A DNA stretch of 64,000 bases, from assembly GCA_031409815.1 (NCBI GenBank), contig JANNXV010000011.1:7148-71147 (forward strand). The letters are read 5' to 3'. A program made the translations under genes and the position numbers. The notes under the pieces were generated by a model, which was not told the origin of the DNA, ran no database searches, and saw only the letters and a program-made list of their open reading frames with translations. The stretch comes from Bacteroidota bacterium (lineage in GTDB: Bacteria; Bacteroidota; Bacteroidia; AKYH767-A; OLB10). Below, piece by piece: positions 1-8,597 of the stretch; the first letter of the stretch is position 1, and the number at the start of each line of letters is the position of its first letter.

Positions 1-1795
1 TTGTAATGTGTATCAAGCCATCATCAGTACCCACTACTAAATTGTTTTCATCAAAATAACTTTCGGCTATGGTAACCAACTGGCCATAAAAATCTGTTGA
101 TTGATTTTTTGCAATTCCATCCACACTCCAAACTTTTCCCATCAAGGGCAATTTATTGCGATCTATTTGACGCGACATATCGCCACTAATTACTGTCCAT
201 GAATTACCACGGTCGTCACTGCGAAAAAGTTTATTGGCACCATAATACAATCGAGTGTGTTTGTGTGTAGAAACAATTAATGGCGAATCCCAGTTCCATC
301 TATAGGCCGAATCATTTTCTCCCTCAATAGGTTTAATGTCCACCACTTCGCCACTTTTTCTATCATAACGTCCAAGACCTCCATATTGCGATTGAGCATA
401 TACAATATTGGGATCGTCAGGATCAATCTGTGATTCGAAACCATCTCCTTCCTGTGTAACAAACCAATCGGCATTGGTAATGCCATTTCCGCTGATGGTT
501 CTTGATGGTCCACCTAGTGATTGATTATCCTGTGTTCCGCCATATACATAGTAAAATGGTTTGCTGTTATCCACTTCCACTTTATAAAATTGTGTGATCG
601 GAAGATTGGCTTTGAATTGCCAATTAAGTCCGAAGTCATACGTTTCATAAACACCACCATCGCAACCAACAATGAGATGCTGTGTATCATCAGTATCGAT
701 CCACAGCGCATGGTTATCTACATGCTTATATTTTTCTCCAATCTTTTTAAATGTTTTTCCTCCGTCAGTTGAAACCATCACCCAGAAATCCATATAAAAA
801 ACTTTGTTCACGTCTTTCGGATCACAAAATATTTCCTGATAATAGTTTCCTGCGGTTGAATTATCACTCATTTTTTCCCACGTTGCACCACGGTTTATGG
901 AACGATAAACACCACTCTTTTTCGTTCCGGCTTCAATAATTGCATATACATAATCAGGATTGACAGGCGAAATAGCTAAACCAATTCTTCCTTTATCGCC
1001 TTCGGGTAAACCGGTTTTTAAGGTATCCCATGTAGTGCCACCATCAGTACTTTTATAAATATTGGATTCGGGTCCTCCACTAATATAAGCATATACTTGT
1101 CGCCTGCGTTGATGAGCACAGGCATATAATACATTGCTGTTGCGCGGATCCATATGTATTTCGTTGAAGCCGGTGTTTTCACTTACAAACAAAATTTTAT
1201 TCCAGGTTTTGCCACCATCGGTAGTTTTATAAATACCTCTATCGCCACCTTCTTTCCATAGCGGTCCATAAGCAGCTACATAAACGATATCAGAATTTTT
1301 TGGATCTATAACAATCATACCGGTGTGCTCTGAGTTTTTCAGCCCCATGTTTTTCCACGACTTGCCGCCATCTACTGATTTATAAACACCGTCTCCGTAT
1401 GACACACTACGTTGATTGTTGTTTTCACCTGATCCTACCCAAATCACATTGGTATTATTGGGGTCTATTCTTACACAGCCAATAGAATAGGACCTTTCGT
1501 TTTCAAATATTGGATCATAGGTAATTCCAGCATTGGTTGTTTTCCAAATTCCACCACCTGCTGCAGCTACATAATATTCTTTATGATTGTTTGGATTCAC
1601 AGCAAAATCAACCACGCGGCCCGAGGTAACTGCAGGCCCGATACTACGAAAACTGAGCCCTTTAAAGGTGGCGGCATTTAATGAATCTGTTTTTTCTTTT
1701 TCGGTACCTTTCTTTTTTTGGCTATAGCCAGATGTGTGTATTAACACTACGTTTAAAACAATAAGCAAGAGCAATAATGCCTTTTTAATTTTCAT
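1..1795 (-). CDS. BNR/Asp-box repeat (sortilin/VPS10-like) secreted glycosidase-like protein; 5' partial in window (C-terminus lies before position 1)
   Basis: A stop-free minus-strand frame runs from the ATG at 1795 (revcomp of cat 1793-1795) to position 1. The N-terminus carries a signal peptide, MKIKKALLLLLIVLNVVLIHTSGYSQ. Asp-box motifs S-x-D-x-G-x-T-W recur (KSVDGGKSW, TTDGGKTW, STDGGTTW, SINRGATW, STDGGKTF). The gene is missing from the supplied ORF track, apparently because it runs off the window edge. Confidence 0.8.
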   Translation of the reverse strand, partial: MKIKKALLLLLIVLNVVLIHTSGYSQKKKGTEKEKTDSLNAATFKGLSFRSIGPAVTSGRVVDFAVNPNNHKEYYVAAAGGGIWKTTNAGITYDPIFENERSYSIGCVRIDPNNTNVIWVGSGENNNQRSVSYGDGVYKSVDGGKSWKNMGLKNSEHTGMIVIDPKNSDIVYVAAYGPLWKEGGDRGIYKTTDGGKTWNKILFVSENTGFNEIHMDPRNSNVLYACAHQRRRQVYAYISGGPESNIYKSTDGGTTWDTLKTGLPEGDKGRIGLAISPVNPDYVYAIIEAGTKKSGVYRSINRGATWEKMSDNSTAGNYYQEIFCDPKDVNKVFYMDFWVMVSTDGGKTFKKIGEKYKHVDNHALWIDTDDTQHLIVGCDGGVYETYDFGLNWQFKANLPITQFYKVEVDNSKPFYYVYGGTQDNQSLGGPSRTISGNGITNADWFVTQEGDGFESQIDPDDPNIVYAQSQYGGLGRYDRKSGEVVDIKPIEGENDSAYRWNWDSPLIVSTHKHTRLYYGANKLFRSDDRGNSWTVISGDMSRQIDRNKLPLMGKVWSVDGIAKNQSTDFYGQLVTIAESYFDENNLVVGTDDGLIHIT

Positions 1796-2017
1796 AGAAT
1801 AAAGTATTTAATTTGATATGGAATGAATATGATTGAGTAAGAAATAAAATCAGCAAATTCATTTTGCTGTGGTCAACAAATCTAATTAATTCACTGAATT
1901 GTGGAATTGTTTTCGACAAGGCCACTATGTCGTTAGATAAGTCAGGGTCAAATCTCGACAAGGTTTCTCATCATTTTAAAGCCTTTATAGCATCAGCTAT
2001 TTCGTTTTCTTTGCAGG

Positions 2018-2578
2018 ATGAAATATTGGTTCGTCCTGATTCTGTTTCTTATTATTTCGTGCGATGAAAATCCTACACCTAAACCTTATGGTTATTTCCG
2101 AATCAGTTTTCCTGCACATACCTACAAATTGTTTGAACCAACAGAGTGCCCTTTTAAATTTGAAATTCCCGGCTTAGCACAACCACTTCATGATACCAAT
2201 GATGTGAGCGAACCGTGTTGGTGGTATATTGCGCTTCCACAATTTAATGCAAATGTTTATTTAACGTATAAAAAAATGCAAGGTGATTTAACTGCATACA
2301 CCGAGGACTCGCGCACACTGGTTTATAAACACACTCAAAAAGCCAATGGAATTAATGAGCAATTGATTCAAAATAATTTTGGGGCAAGTGGTATGCTGTA
2401 TGAAATTGGTGGAGAGGCCGCCTCTAATATTCAGTTTTTTATGACAGACAGTACGCAACATTTTTTAAGAGGTGCTTTGTATTTTAATGTGGTGCCCAAT
2501 AGCGATTCACTGGCACCGGTGGTGAACTATATCAAAAAAGATATAGAACACTTGTTGGGAACCTTGCAATGGAAATAA
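2018..2578 (+). CDS. small lipoprotein, GldD-like (gliding motility lipoprotein family)
   Basis: 186 aa. The N-terminus has a signal peptide plus lipobox (LILFLIISCDEN) followed by TPKPYGYFRISFPAHTY. From memory this resembles the conserved GldD N-terminal block. Not verified by search. Confidence 0.4.
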   Translation: MKYWFVLILFLIISCDENPTPKPYGYFRISFPAHTYKLFEPTECPFKFEIPGLAQPLHDTNDVSEPCWWYIALPQFNANVYLTYKKMQGDLTAYTEDSRTLVYKHTQKANGINEQLIQNNFGASGMLYEIGGEAASNIQFFMTDSTQHFLRGALYFNVVPNSDSLAPVVNYIKKDIEHLLGTLQWK

Positions 2579-2584
2579 AATTTT

Positions 2585-2687
2585 TAACCGCAGAGAACGC
2601 AAAAGTTTTCGCTGAGAATCGCCAAGAAAAAACACTGCGTTCTCTGCGCATTCGCAAGATTTCAATCTGCGTTCTTTGCGGTTAAGT
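2585..2687. repeat. three copies of an 15-18 bp inverted-repeat unit (TTAACCGCAGAGAACGCA / TGCGTTCTCTGCGCA / TGCGTTCTTTGCGGTTAA) between convergent genes; probable bidirectional terminator with alternative pairings
   Basis: The left arm at 2585-2602 is complementary to 2636-2650 and also to 2668-2685. The element sits in the 104-bp gap between the 3' ends of the convergent genes at 2018..2578(+) and 2682..3455(-). Confidence 0.5.
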
Positions 2688-3455
2688 CTTTGGAGAAACA
2701 AATTCCAAAACTGCCTTCAACAATTCATTTGGATTATCGGCATGTACCCAATGCCCTGCATTTTTAATTACAACTAATTCGGCTCTTGGAAAAGTTTTTT
2801 TAATAGATTCAAATTTTGTTTCATCAATATAATCGGACTGCTCTCCTTTAACAAACATTGTTGCTACCTCAATAGGTGTTTCGCTTTCAGTAGCGGCTCC
2901 GACTTCAGCGATATCTTTTTCAATCACCGATAAATTAAATCGCCATGCCAATTGATTATCTGCTTTCCAGAATAAATTTTTTAACAAAAATTGTCGCGTT
3001 CCGTTATCGGCTATTTGCTCCCCCAGTTTTTTTTCTGCTTCTCCTCGAGTGGGTATCAATTGCACATCAACAGCATTTAATGCATCAATAATTTTTTGAT
3101 GATGCAGAGGATAGGCATATGGAGCAATATCAACCACAATTATTTTTGATAGTAAATCGGGATGATCGATGGCTAATTGCATGGCCACTTTACCACCCAT
3201 GCTATGCCCCAAAATAATGGGTTGTTCGAGATGTTGCTGTTCAATCAAGGCCACCACATCTTCACTCATTGTTATATAATTATGTGCATCAGCGTGAGGA
3301 GAATGACCATGATTACGCAAATCAACAAGGTAAACGGAAAAATTATTTGCGGATAGATTTCGTGCAAATGATTGCCAGTTATCGCCAGAGCCGAATAATC
3401 CATGTAAAATGATAAATGGAGCGCCCTCGCCAATTTTTTTATAATGTAGTTGCAT
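2682..3455 (-). CDS. alpha/beta-fold hydrolase (esterase YbfF-like)
   Basis: 257 aa with an HGLFGSGDNW oxyanion-hole region, a GHSMGG nucleophile elbow, and a C-terminal His (GHWVHAD). Confidence 0.8.
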   Translation of the reverse strand: MQLHYKKIGEGAPFIILHGLFGSGDNWQSFARNLSANNFSVYLVDLRNHGHSPHADAHNYITMSEDVVALIEQQHLEQPIILGHSMGGKVAMQLAIDHPDLLSKIIVVDIAPYAYPLHHQKIIDALNAVDVQLIPTRGEAEKKLGEQIADNGTRQFLLKNLFWKADNQLAWRFNLSVIEKDIAEVGAATESETPIEVATMFVKGEQSDYIDETKFESIKKTFPRAELVVIKNAGHWVHADNPNELLKAVLEFVSPKT

Positions 3456-3462
3456 AATTTGT

Positions 3463-3600
3463 AGGGAGTTAGGGGTGGGGAGTAGGGTTTGTTACGATTG
3501 GCTTTGAGACCCAATATTGAGCATGGAGTGATACTAAGAAGAAGTTTAGGATTTGAGATAGTCCAAATATATCCTGTCTATCCCTACTCCTAACTCCCTA
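3463..3600. repeat. short inverted-repeat (MITE-like) element in divergent promoter region
   Basis: GTAGGGAGTTAGGGGTGGGGAGTAGGG at 3463-3489 faces CCCTACTCCTAACTCCCTAC at 3579-3598, with an imperfect ~20-bp inverted pair spaced ~90 bp apart. A related AGTAGGAAGTAGGG motif occurs at 29538-29556. Confidence 0.3.
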
Positions 3601-3619
3601 CTTACTAAATAAATTATTT

Positions 3620-4099
3620 TTGTTGCCAATGAAAATTAATATTCGCAAAAGTAGGAAAGAAGATATGCCGCAGGTGTTAGAATTAATCCGCGAGCTGGCA
3701 TTGTTTGAAAAAGCACCCCATGAAGTAACCAATACGGTGGAGGATATGATTGCAGACGGATTTGGTGCGCAACCGGTTTTTAAATGCTTAGTAGCAGAAA
3801 CAGAAAATAAACTTGTGGGCATAGCAATCTATTATACAAAGTATTCAACTTGGAAGGGGAAAGGCACCTATCTCGATGACATTATTGTTACACAGTCGAT
3901 GCGCAGCAAAGGAATAGGAAGATTATTGTTTGACGAAGTGCTAAAAGAAAGCCGTGAAGCGGGAATGAATCAGTTGCACTGGCAAGTGTTGGACTGGAAT
4001 GAACCGGCAATTAACTTTTACAAAAAACACAATCCGAGTTTTGATGATGAATGGATTAATTGTAAGCTTACAAAAGAACAGTTGAATGAAAGTATTTAA
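3620..4099 (+). CDS. GNAT family N-acetyltransferase
   Basis: 159 aa with an acetyl-CoA-binding motif (GKGIGRLLFDEVLKESREAG) and a C-terminal NFYKK. It overlaps the downstream aspartokinase by 14 nt, which suggests an operon. Confidence 0.8.
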   Translation: MLPMKINIRKSRKEDMPQVLELIRELALFEKAPHEVTNTVEDMIADGFGAQPVFKCLVAETENKLVGIAIYYTKYSTWKGKGTYLDDIIVTQSMRSKGIGRLLFDEVLKESREAGMNQLHWQVLDWNEPAINFYKKHNPSFDDEWINCKLTKEQLNESI

Positions 4100-5360
4100 G
4101 TTTGGTGGAGCATCGGTGAAAGATGCAGCGGGAGTAAAAAATGTTGCAACTGTTTTGCAATTGTTTCCTAACCAGGATTTAGTGGTGGTGATTTCTGCGA
4201 TGGGAAAAACAACCAACGCCTTGGAAAAAGTGGTGCATGCATATTTTCACGAGAAAGAAATGGCGCATCTGATGTTGGAAGAAGTAAGAAGCTATCATCG
4301 CAGCATTATGGACGATTTATTTGCTGATTCAACACACCCGATATTTGAAAAAGTAAATAATTTTTTGGTGGAGATTGACTGGGTGCTGGAAGAAGAACCA
4401 CGCAGCTATGGATTTGTATATGATCAGATTGTTTCCATCGGAGAATTGATTTCAACAACTATTGTAAGTGCGTACTTAAATTCAGTTGCCATAAAAAATG
4501 CCTGGCAGGATGTACGTGATGTTTTGCAAACCGACAATACGTATCGCGAAGCAAAAGTGAATTGGGAAATGAGCGGTGATTTAATCGGAAAAATAATTCC
4601 TCCGTTATTCAATAAAGAAAATCACATTGTTATCACTCAAGGTTTCATCGGCAGCACTTCTGAAAACTATACTTCTACCTTAGGAAGAGAAGGTTCGGAT
4701 TATACAGCATCCATATTTGCCTACCTTTTAAATGCAGAATCGGTAAGCATCTGGAAAGATGTGCCGGGTGTATTGAATGCTGATCCGAAATTTTTTAAGG
4801 ACGCACAAAAATTAGAACAGATTAGTTATCTCGATGCAATTGAGCTGGCATATTATGGTGCATCGGTCATTCATCCGAAAACAATTAAGCCGTTAGAAAA
4901 TAAAAATATTCCGTTGCATGTAAAATCATTTGTTAACCCATCTTCAAAAGGAACTTTGATTGCACGCGACCTTGAAACAAAACCTTTGGTGCCTTCTTTT
5001 ATTTTTAAAACAAACCAGGTGCTGATCAGTATCTCAGCAAAAGATTTTTCATTTATTGCAGAAGAAAACCTGAGTACTATTTTTTCCTGCTTTGCGGAGT
5101 GTGGTGTAAAGTTAAACCTGATGCAAAATTCTGCTATCAGCTTTTCTGTTTGTGTGGATGATGACGAAGAAAAATTACCCAAGCTTATCGAGTTATTAAA
5201 GAAAGACTACAAAGTGCTTTACAACAAAAATTTACAGTTATACACCATACGTCATTATTTTCCTTCAACAGTAGAAACACTTACTCACAACCGCGAAATA
5301 CTTTTGGAACAACGCAGCAGAAACACTGCGCAAATTGTGATGAAGGAAGAAGAGAAATAA
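4086..5360 (+). CDS. lysC: monofunctional aspartate kinase
   Basis: 424 aa. The N-terminus has the amino-acid kinase signature MKVFKFGGASV. The GSDYTA and DVPGVLNADP motifs are present, and the C-terminus has ACT-like regulatory domains. Confidence 0.85.
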   Translation: MKVFKFGGASVKDAAGVKNVATVLQLFPNQDLVVVISAMGKTTNALEKVVHAYFHEKEMAHLMLEEVRSYHRSIMDDLFADSTHPIFEKVNNFLVEIDWVLEEEPRSYGFVYDQIVSIGELISTTIVSAYLNSVAIKNAWQDVRDVLQTDNTYREAKVNWEMSGDLIGKIIPPLFNKENHIVITQGFIGSTSENYTSTLGREGSDYTASIFAYLLNAESVSIWKDVPGVLNADPKFFKDAQKLEQISYLDAIELAYYGASVIHPKTIKPLENKNIPLHVKSFVNPSSKGTLIARDLETKPLVPSFIFKTNQVLISISAKDFSFIAEENLSTIFSCFAECGVKLNLMQNSAISFSVCVDDDEEKLPKLIELLKKDYKVLYNKNLQLYTIRHYFPSTVETLTHNREILLEQRSRNTAQIVMKEEEK

Positions 5361-5366
5361 ATACTG

Positions 5367-7058
5367 TTATTCAGATTCTGATTTTGACCGCGGCTTACGT
5401 TTCGGTTTGTCAGATTCGGATTTAGGACTTTTACTCTTCCCTGATCCTGTCATCACTTTTAGCATATTAATTTCATCTTCTGATAAAAATCTCCATCTGC
5501 CGCGAGCTAAATCTTTTTTGGTGAGTCCTGCAAAAATCACACGGTCTAATTTTTTCACTTCGTAATCAAAGTGTTCAAATATTCTTCGAACAATGCGGTT
5601 TTTTCCGCTGTGTATTTCCACACCCACCATTGTTTTGTCGCCAGCACCTTCATCATCGTAAGCAATCTCATCCACTTTAATAAAACCATCTTCCAGTTCC
5701 ACACCTTCTGCAATAGCATTCATGTGTTCCTTTTTTAATGGCTTGTCTAATTCAACATGATACACTTTAAAAATATTGGAACTCGGATGCGTGAGTTTTT
5801 TGGTCATCTCACCATCGTTAGTAAGCATTAGCAAACCGGTAGTGTTTCTATCTAATCGACCTACCGGATAGAAGCGTTCTTTTCCGGCACTTTTTACCAA
5901 CTCCATCACAGTTTTCCTTTCCTGCGGATCATCGGTTGTTGTGATGTAATCTTTCGGCTTGTTCAAAATCAGGTAAACAAGCTTCTCGCTTTTCATACGC
6001 TCTCCGTTGTAGCGGATATCGTCATCAGCATATACTCTTGTTCCAAGCTCAATCACTGTTTCTCCATTCACACTAATCACTCCTGCTTCAATTAATTCAT
6101 CCGCTTCTCTTCGCGAACAAATGCCGGAGTTGGCAATAAAACGATTTAACCGAATGCCTTCTGTTTGTGTGGTGGTTGATTCAGTAGTCTTGCTTCTTTC
6201 GTTTTTACCGGGACGTTTAAATTCTTTCTTTTCATACGAACGGCTTTCTGTAGAACCAAAACGGGATGGTTTCCGGTCAGAAAATTTATTGTCTGTAAAA
6301 CGGGAACTACCTTCTGCTCGGCCACTTTTATTTTTTGAAAAACTCTTTTCCTCTTTATAAAACTTTCCGAAAGGCTTGCCCTCATTATTTTTTTTCTCTG
6401 CACGATAATTTCGCTCACCAGATTTTTTGCGGTCTTCTTTATTACTTCCTCTTCTGTCTTCACTAAAATTTCGGTCTCTGGGTGTTCTGCGTTCGTCACT
6501 ACTTCGCTCATTTCTGTCGCCACCAAAACTATTTTCTCTTGCCGGTCTGCGATCATCATTGCTGCGTTCACTTCGTTCTCCACCAAAACTTTTATCTCTA
6601 AATGGCTTACGTTCTCCTCCTTCTCTTTTATCCCCAAAACTTTTTTCTCTGAAAGGTTTGCGATCGCCACTTTCTCTTTTGTCGCCATAACTTATTTCTC
6701 TAACCGGCTTGCGATCATCGTTACGGCCTTCTCTTCTGTCGCTATCAAATTTTTTTTCTCTGAAAGGTTTGCGATCATCACCGGCTCTTCTGTTCTCCGT
6801 GTATCCGCCTTCGCGTCTGGGTGGTTTAGCATTTGAAAAACTTTTCCCATCTTTTTTATCTACACGCTTACGCATTGGCTTGCCATCCGATTTAGTCCAG
6901 CCCGCTTCCGATTTATCTGCATCGCGATATTTTTTAAACCCAGTGGCCGGTTTAACTTCTCTACTGCTATTAGGTCTCTTTTTATCGCGGCCCGAATCTT
7001 CGCGACCACCGCTGCGACCTTCTGAATTAGTTCTTCTCATTTGTTGTAAGTATTTCAA
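5367..7058 (-). CDS. rluB: RluB-type 23S rRNA pseudouridine synthase with long N-terminal Arg/Asp/Glu/Lys-rich tandem-repeat extension
   Basis: The C-terminal half carries an S4 domain (IRLNRFIANSGICSRREADELI) and the RsuA/RluB catalytic core (FYPVGRLDRNTTGLLMLTNDG). The N-terminal ~320 aa are low-complexity (RKPFREKSFGDKREGGE-like repeats), encoded by ~54-nt tandem repeats at ~6430-6800. Confidence 0.85.
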   Translation of the reverse strand: MKYLQQMRRTNSEGRSGGREDSGRDKKRPNSSREVKPATGFKKYRDADKSEAGWTKSDGKPMRKRVDKKDGKSFSNAKPPRREGGYTENRRAGDDRKPFREKKFDSDRREGRNDDRKPVREISYGDKRESGDRKPFREKSFGDKREGGERKPFRDKSFGGERSERSNDDRRPARENSFGGDRNERSSDERRTPRDRNFSEDRRGSNKEDRKKSGERNYRAEKKNNEGKPFGKFYKEEKSFSKNKSGRAEGSSRFTDNKFSDRKPSRFGSTESRSYEKKEFKRPGKNERSKTTESTTTQTEGIRLNRFIANSGICSRREADELIEAGVISVNGETVIELGTRVYADDDIRYNGERMKSEKLVYLILNKPKDYITTTDDPQERKTVMELVKSAGKERFYPVGRLDRNTTGLLMLTNDGEMTKKLTHPSSNIFKVYHVELDKPLKKEHMNAIAEGVELEDGFIKVDEIAYDDEGAGDKTMVGVEIHSGKNRIVRRIFEHFDYEVKKLDRVIFAGLTKKDLARGRWRFLSEDEINMLKVMTGSGKSKSPKSESDKPKRKPRSKSESE

Positions 7059-7432
7059 TCATCCAACTCACTGGAGTATGGATAAAAAGCATCTTTAATA
7101 TGATTTATCCTTGGATGATTTTGCACAAAGGTAATAGAGATGATGTCAAAGCGTACTTCACAGTGGAGGTTTTCTTGCTGAATGTAGGCATCGGCAGCAT
7201 TACTCAGCATCTTTTGCTTGTGTTTACCTACCGATTCTTCTGGCGTACCAAAGAAATCGCTGCTTCGTGTTTTTACCTCCACAATTACTAATTGATTGGA
7301 ATGCATGGCGATAAAATCAACTTCCGCTTTTAAGTTGCGCCAGTTTTGATGTAAAATAGCATAACCAGCCTCTTCCAAAAATATTCTGGCTATTGCTTCG
7401 CCTTGTTTGCCAAGTTCGTTGTGTTTTGCCAT
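7055..7432 (-). CDS. yraN: YraN family (UPF0102) endonuclease-like protein
   Basis: 125 aa with GEAIARIFLEEAGYAIL...VDFIA...LVIVEVKTR, a PD-(D/E)xK-like UPF0102 signature. Its 5' end overlaps the rluB start by 4 nt. Confidence 0.8.
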   Translation of the reverse strand: MAKHNELGKQGEAIARIFLEEAGYAILHQNWRNLKAEVDFIAMHSNQLVIVEVKTRSSDFFGTPEESVGKHKQKMLSNAADAYIQQENLHCEVRFDIISITFVQNHPRINHIKDAFYPYSSELDD

Positions 7433-7440
7433 TCTTGTGT

Positions 7441-7521
7441 GTGTCGTTGACTAAGTTAATTTGGTTGATTAAGTTAACTGAGTCAACCAAATTAACTGAG
7501 TCAACCAATCAACTTAATTAA
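7441..7521. repeat. array of the 17-mer TTAACTGAGTCAACCAA (two exact direct copies plus two to three degenerate inverted copies)
   Basis: Exact copies lie at 7474-7490 and 7492-7508. Inverted degenerate copies are GTTGACTAAGTTAA at 7445-7458 and TTGGTTGATTAAGTTAA at 7461-7477. The array sits between the ldcA stop and the yraN start, both on the minus strand. Confidence 0.6.
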
Positions 7522-8454
7522 CTATTTAAGAAATTTTAAGTCAACTGTTTCACTAACACTTAACTCAACATTTGCTCCCATTATCAACGCTAAATTTCTT
7601 TTCACATGTCCTGCCGGAAAATCAAAGCAAACAGGATAATTGTATTCATCCACATGCTCCCTGATTATTTCTTCTGCTGTTTTTCCAAAAGGAATGGTGT
7701 TGTCGCGCATATCACTCATTCCTCCAACAATCAGTCCGGCTAAATTTTGCAGTTTGCCACTTCGTTTCAGTTGCATCATCATGCGGTCAATATGATAAAG
7801 ATATTCATCTAAATCTTCGATGAAAAGAACTTTTCCTTTGGTGTCGATATCTGAAACACTTCCACTCAATGCATAGAGCAACGAAAGATTTCCTCCGCAT
7901 AAAATTCCTTTAGCATTTCCATTCTTGTTTAATGATTGATTATTTGAAGCAGAAAATTTGTAATGCAACGTCACTCCTGTAAAAGCTTTGCCAAGTGATT
8001 CAACAGCATCTTTATCAAACTTTTCATGTTGCATATTAAAAAGCATACAACCGTGAATACTTTGTGTTTGAAAATGGTTTTGCAGATGGTTATGAATCAC
8101 TGTCATATCACTATATCCAACCAACCATTTGGGATATTGTTTGAATTTTGAAAAATCAAGTTTGTCAATAATGCGCACTGTTCCATATCCACCACGCGCG
8201 CTGATGATTGCTTTTACACTTTTATCATCCAACATTGTTTGCAAATCTTTTGCCCGTTCTGCATCCGTACCTGAATATTGATTTTGTTCTTTAAAAATAT
8301 TTTCACCTAACCTCACATTGAAACCCCAGCCTTCTAAAATTTTTATTCCATCGGCTAATTCTTTAGCAGCAACTTTTCGTGCTGGTGCAACAATACCGAT
8401 GGTATCTCCTGGTTTTAGAAATTGGGGTTGTGTCACTTTGTATCTTTGATGCAA
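7522..8454 (-). CDS. ldcA: LD-carboxypeptidase (peptidase S66, muramoyltetrapeptide carboxypeptidase)
   Basis: 310 aa with GDTIGIVAPA, RGGYGTVRI and GYSDMTVIH, which are S66 Ser/His/Glu triad regions. Confidence 0.8.
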   Translation of the reverse strand: MHQRYKVTQPQFLKPGDTIGIVAPARKVAAKELADGIKILEGWGFNVRLGENIFKEQNQYSGTDAERAKDLQTMLDDKSVKAIISARGGYGTVRIIDKLDFSKFKQYPKWLVGYSDMTVIHNHLQNHFQTQSIHGCMLFNMQHEKFDKDAVESLGKAFTGVTLHYKFSASNNQSLNKNGNAKGILCGGNLSLLYALSGSVSDIDTKGKVLFIEDLDEYLYHIDRMMMQLKRSGKLQNLAGLIVGGMSDMRDNTIPFGKTAEEIIREHVDEYNYPVCFDFPAGHVKRNLALIMGANVELSVSETVDLKFLK

Positions 8455-8597
8455 AGAAAAAGGTTTATACTTTACAGTTGGAAGGCTCGATTCACAAGAG
8501 AGACTTTTGTTTGATATTTTTGCCTTCTCATTTCAAAGTTTAATTTGCGGATGTAAAATCAACTTTAAACTTTGAACCTTAAACTTTAAACGTATTT

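Noticed and set aside
6430-6800. Tandem ~54-nt repeats considered as a possible CRISPR-like array
   Set aside because: The repeats are imperfect and contiguous with no unique spacers. They lie inside a long coding frame and translate to a coherent R/D/E-rich protein repeat.
6146-7098. ORF-track entries 6146..6688(-), 6427..6690(+) and 6709..7098(+) (K/E-rich or S/L/R-rich peptides)
   Set aside because: These are alternative-frame and antisense readings of the tandem-repeat region encoding the RluB N-terminal tail. Low-complexity repeats keep many frames open.
7317-7508. ORF-track entry encoding MVDSVNLVDSVNLINQINLVNDTHK...
   Set aside because: It is an artefact of the TTAACTGAGTCAACCAA repeat array read in frame. 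The peptide is just the repeat translated, and the ORF overlaps the yraN 5' end.
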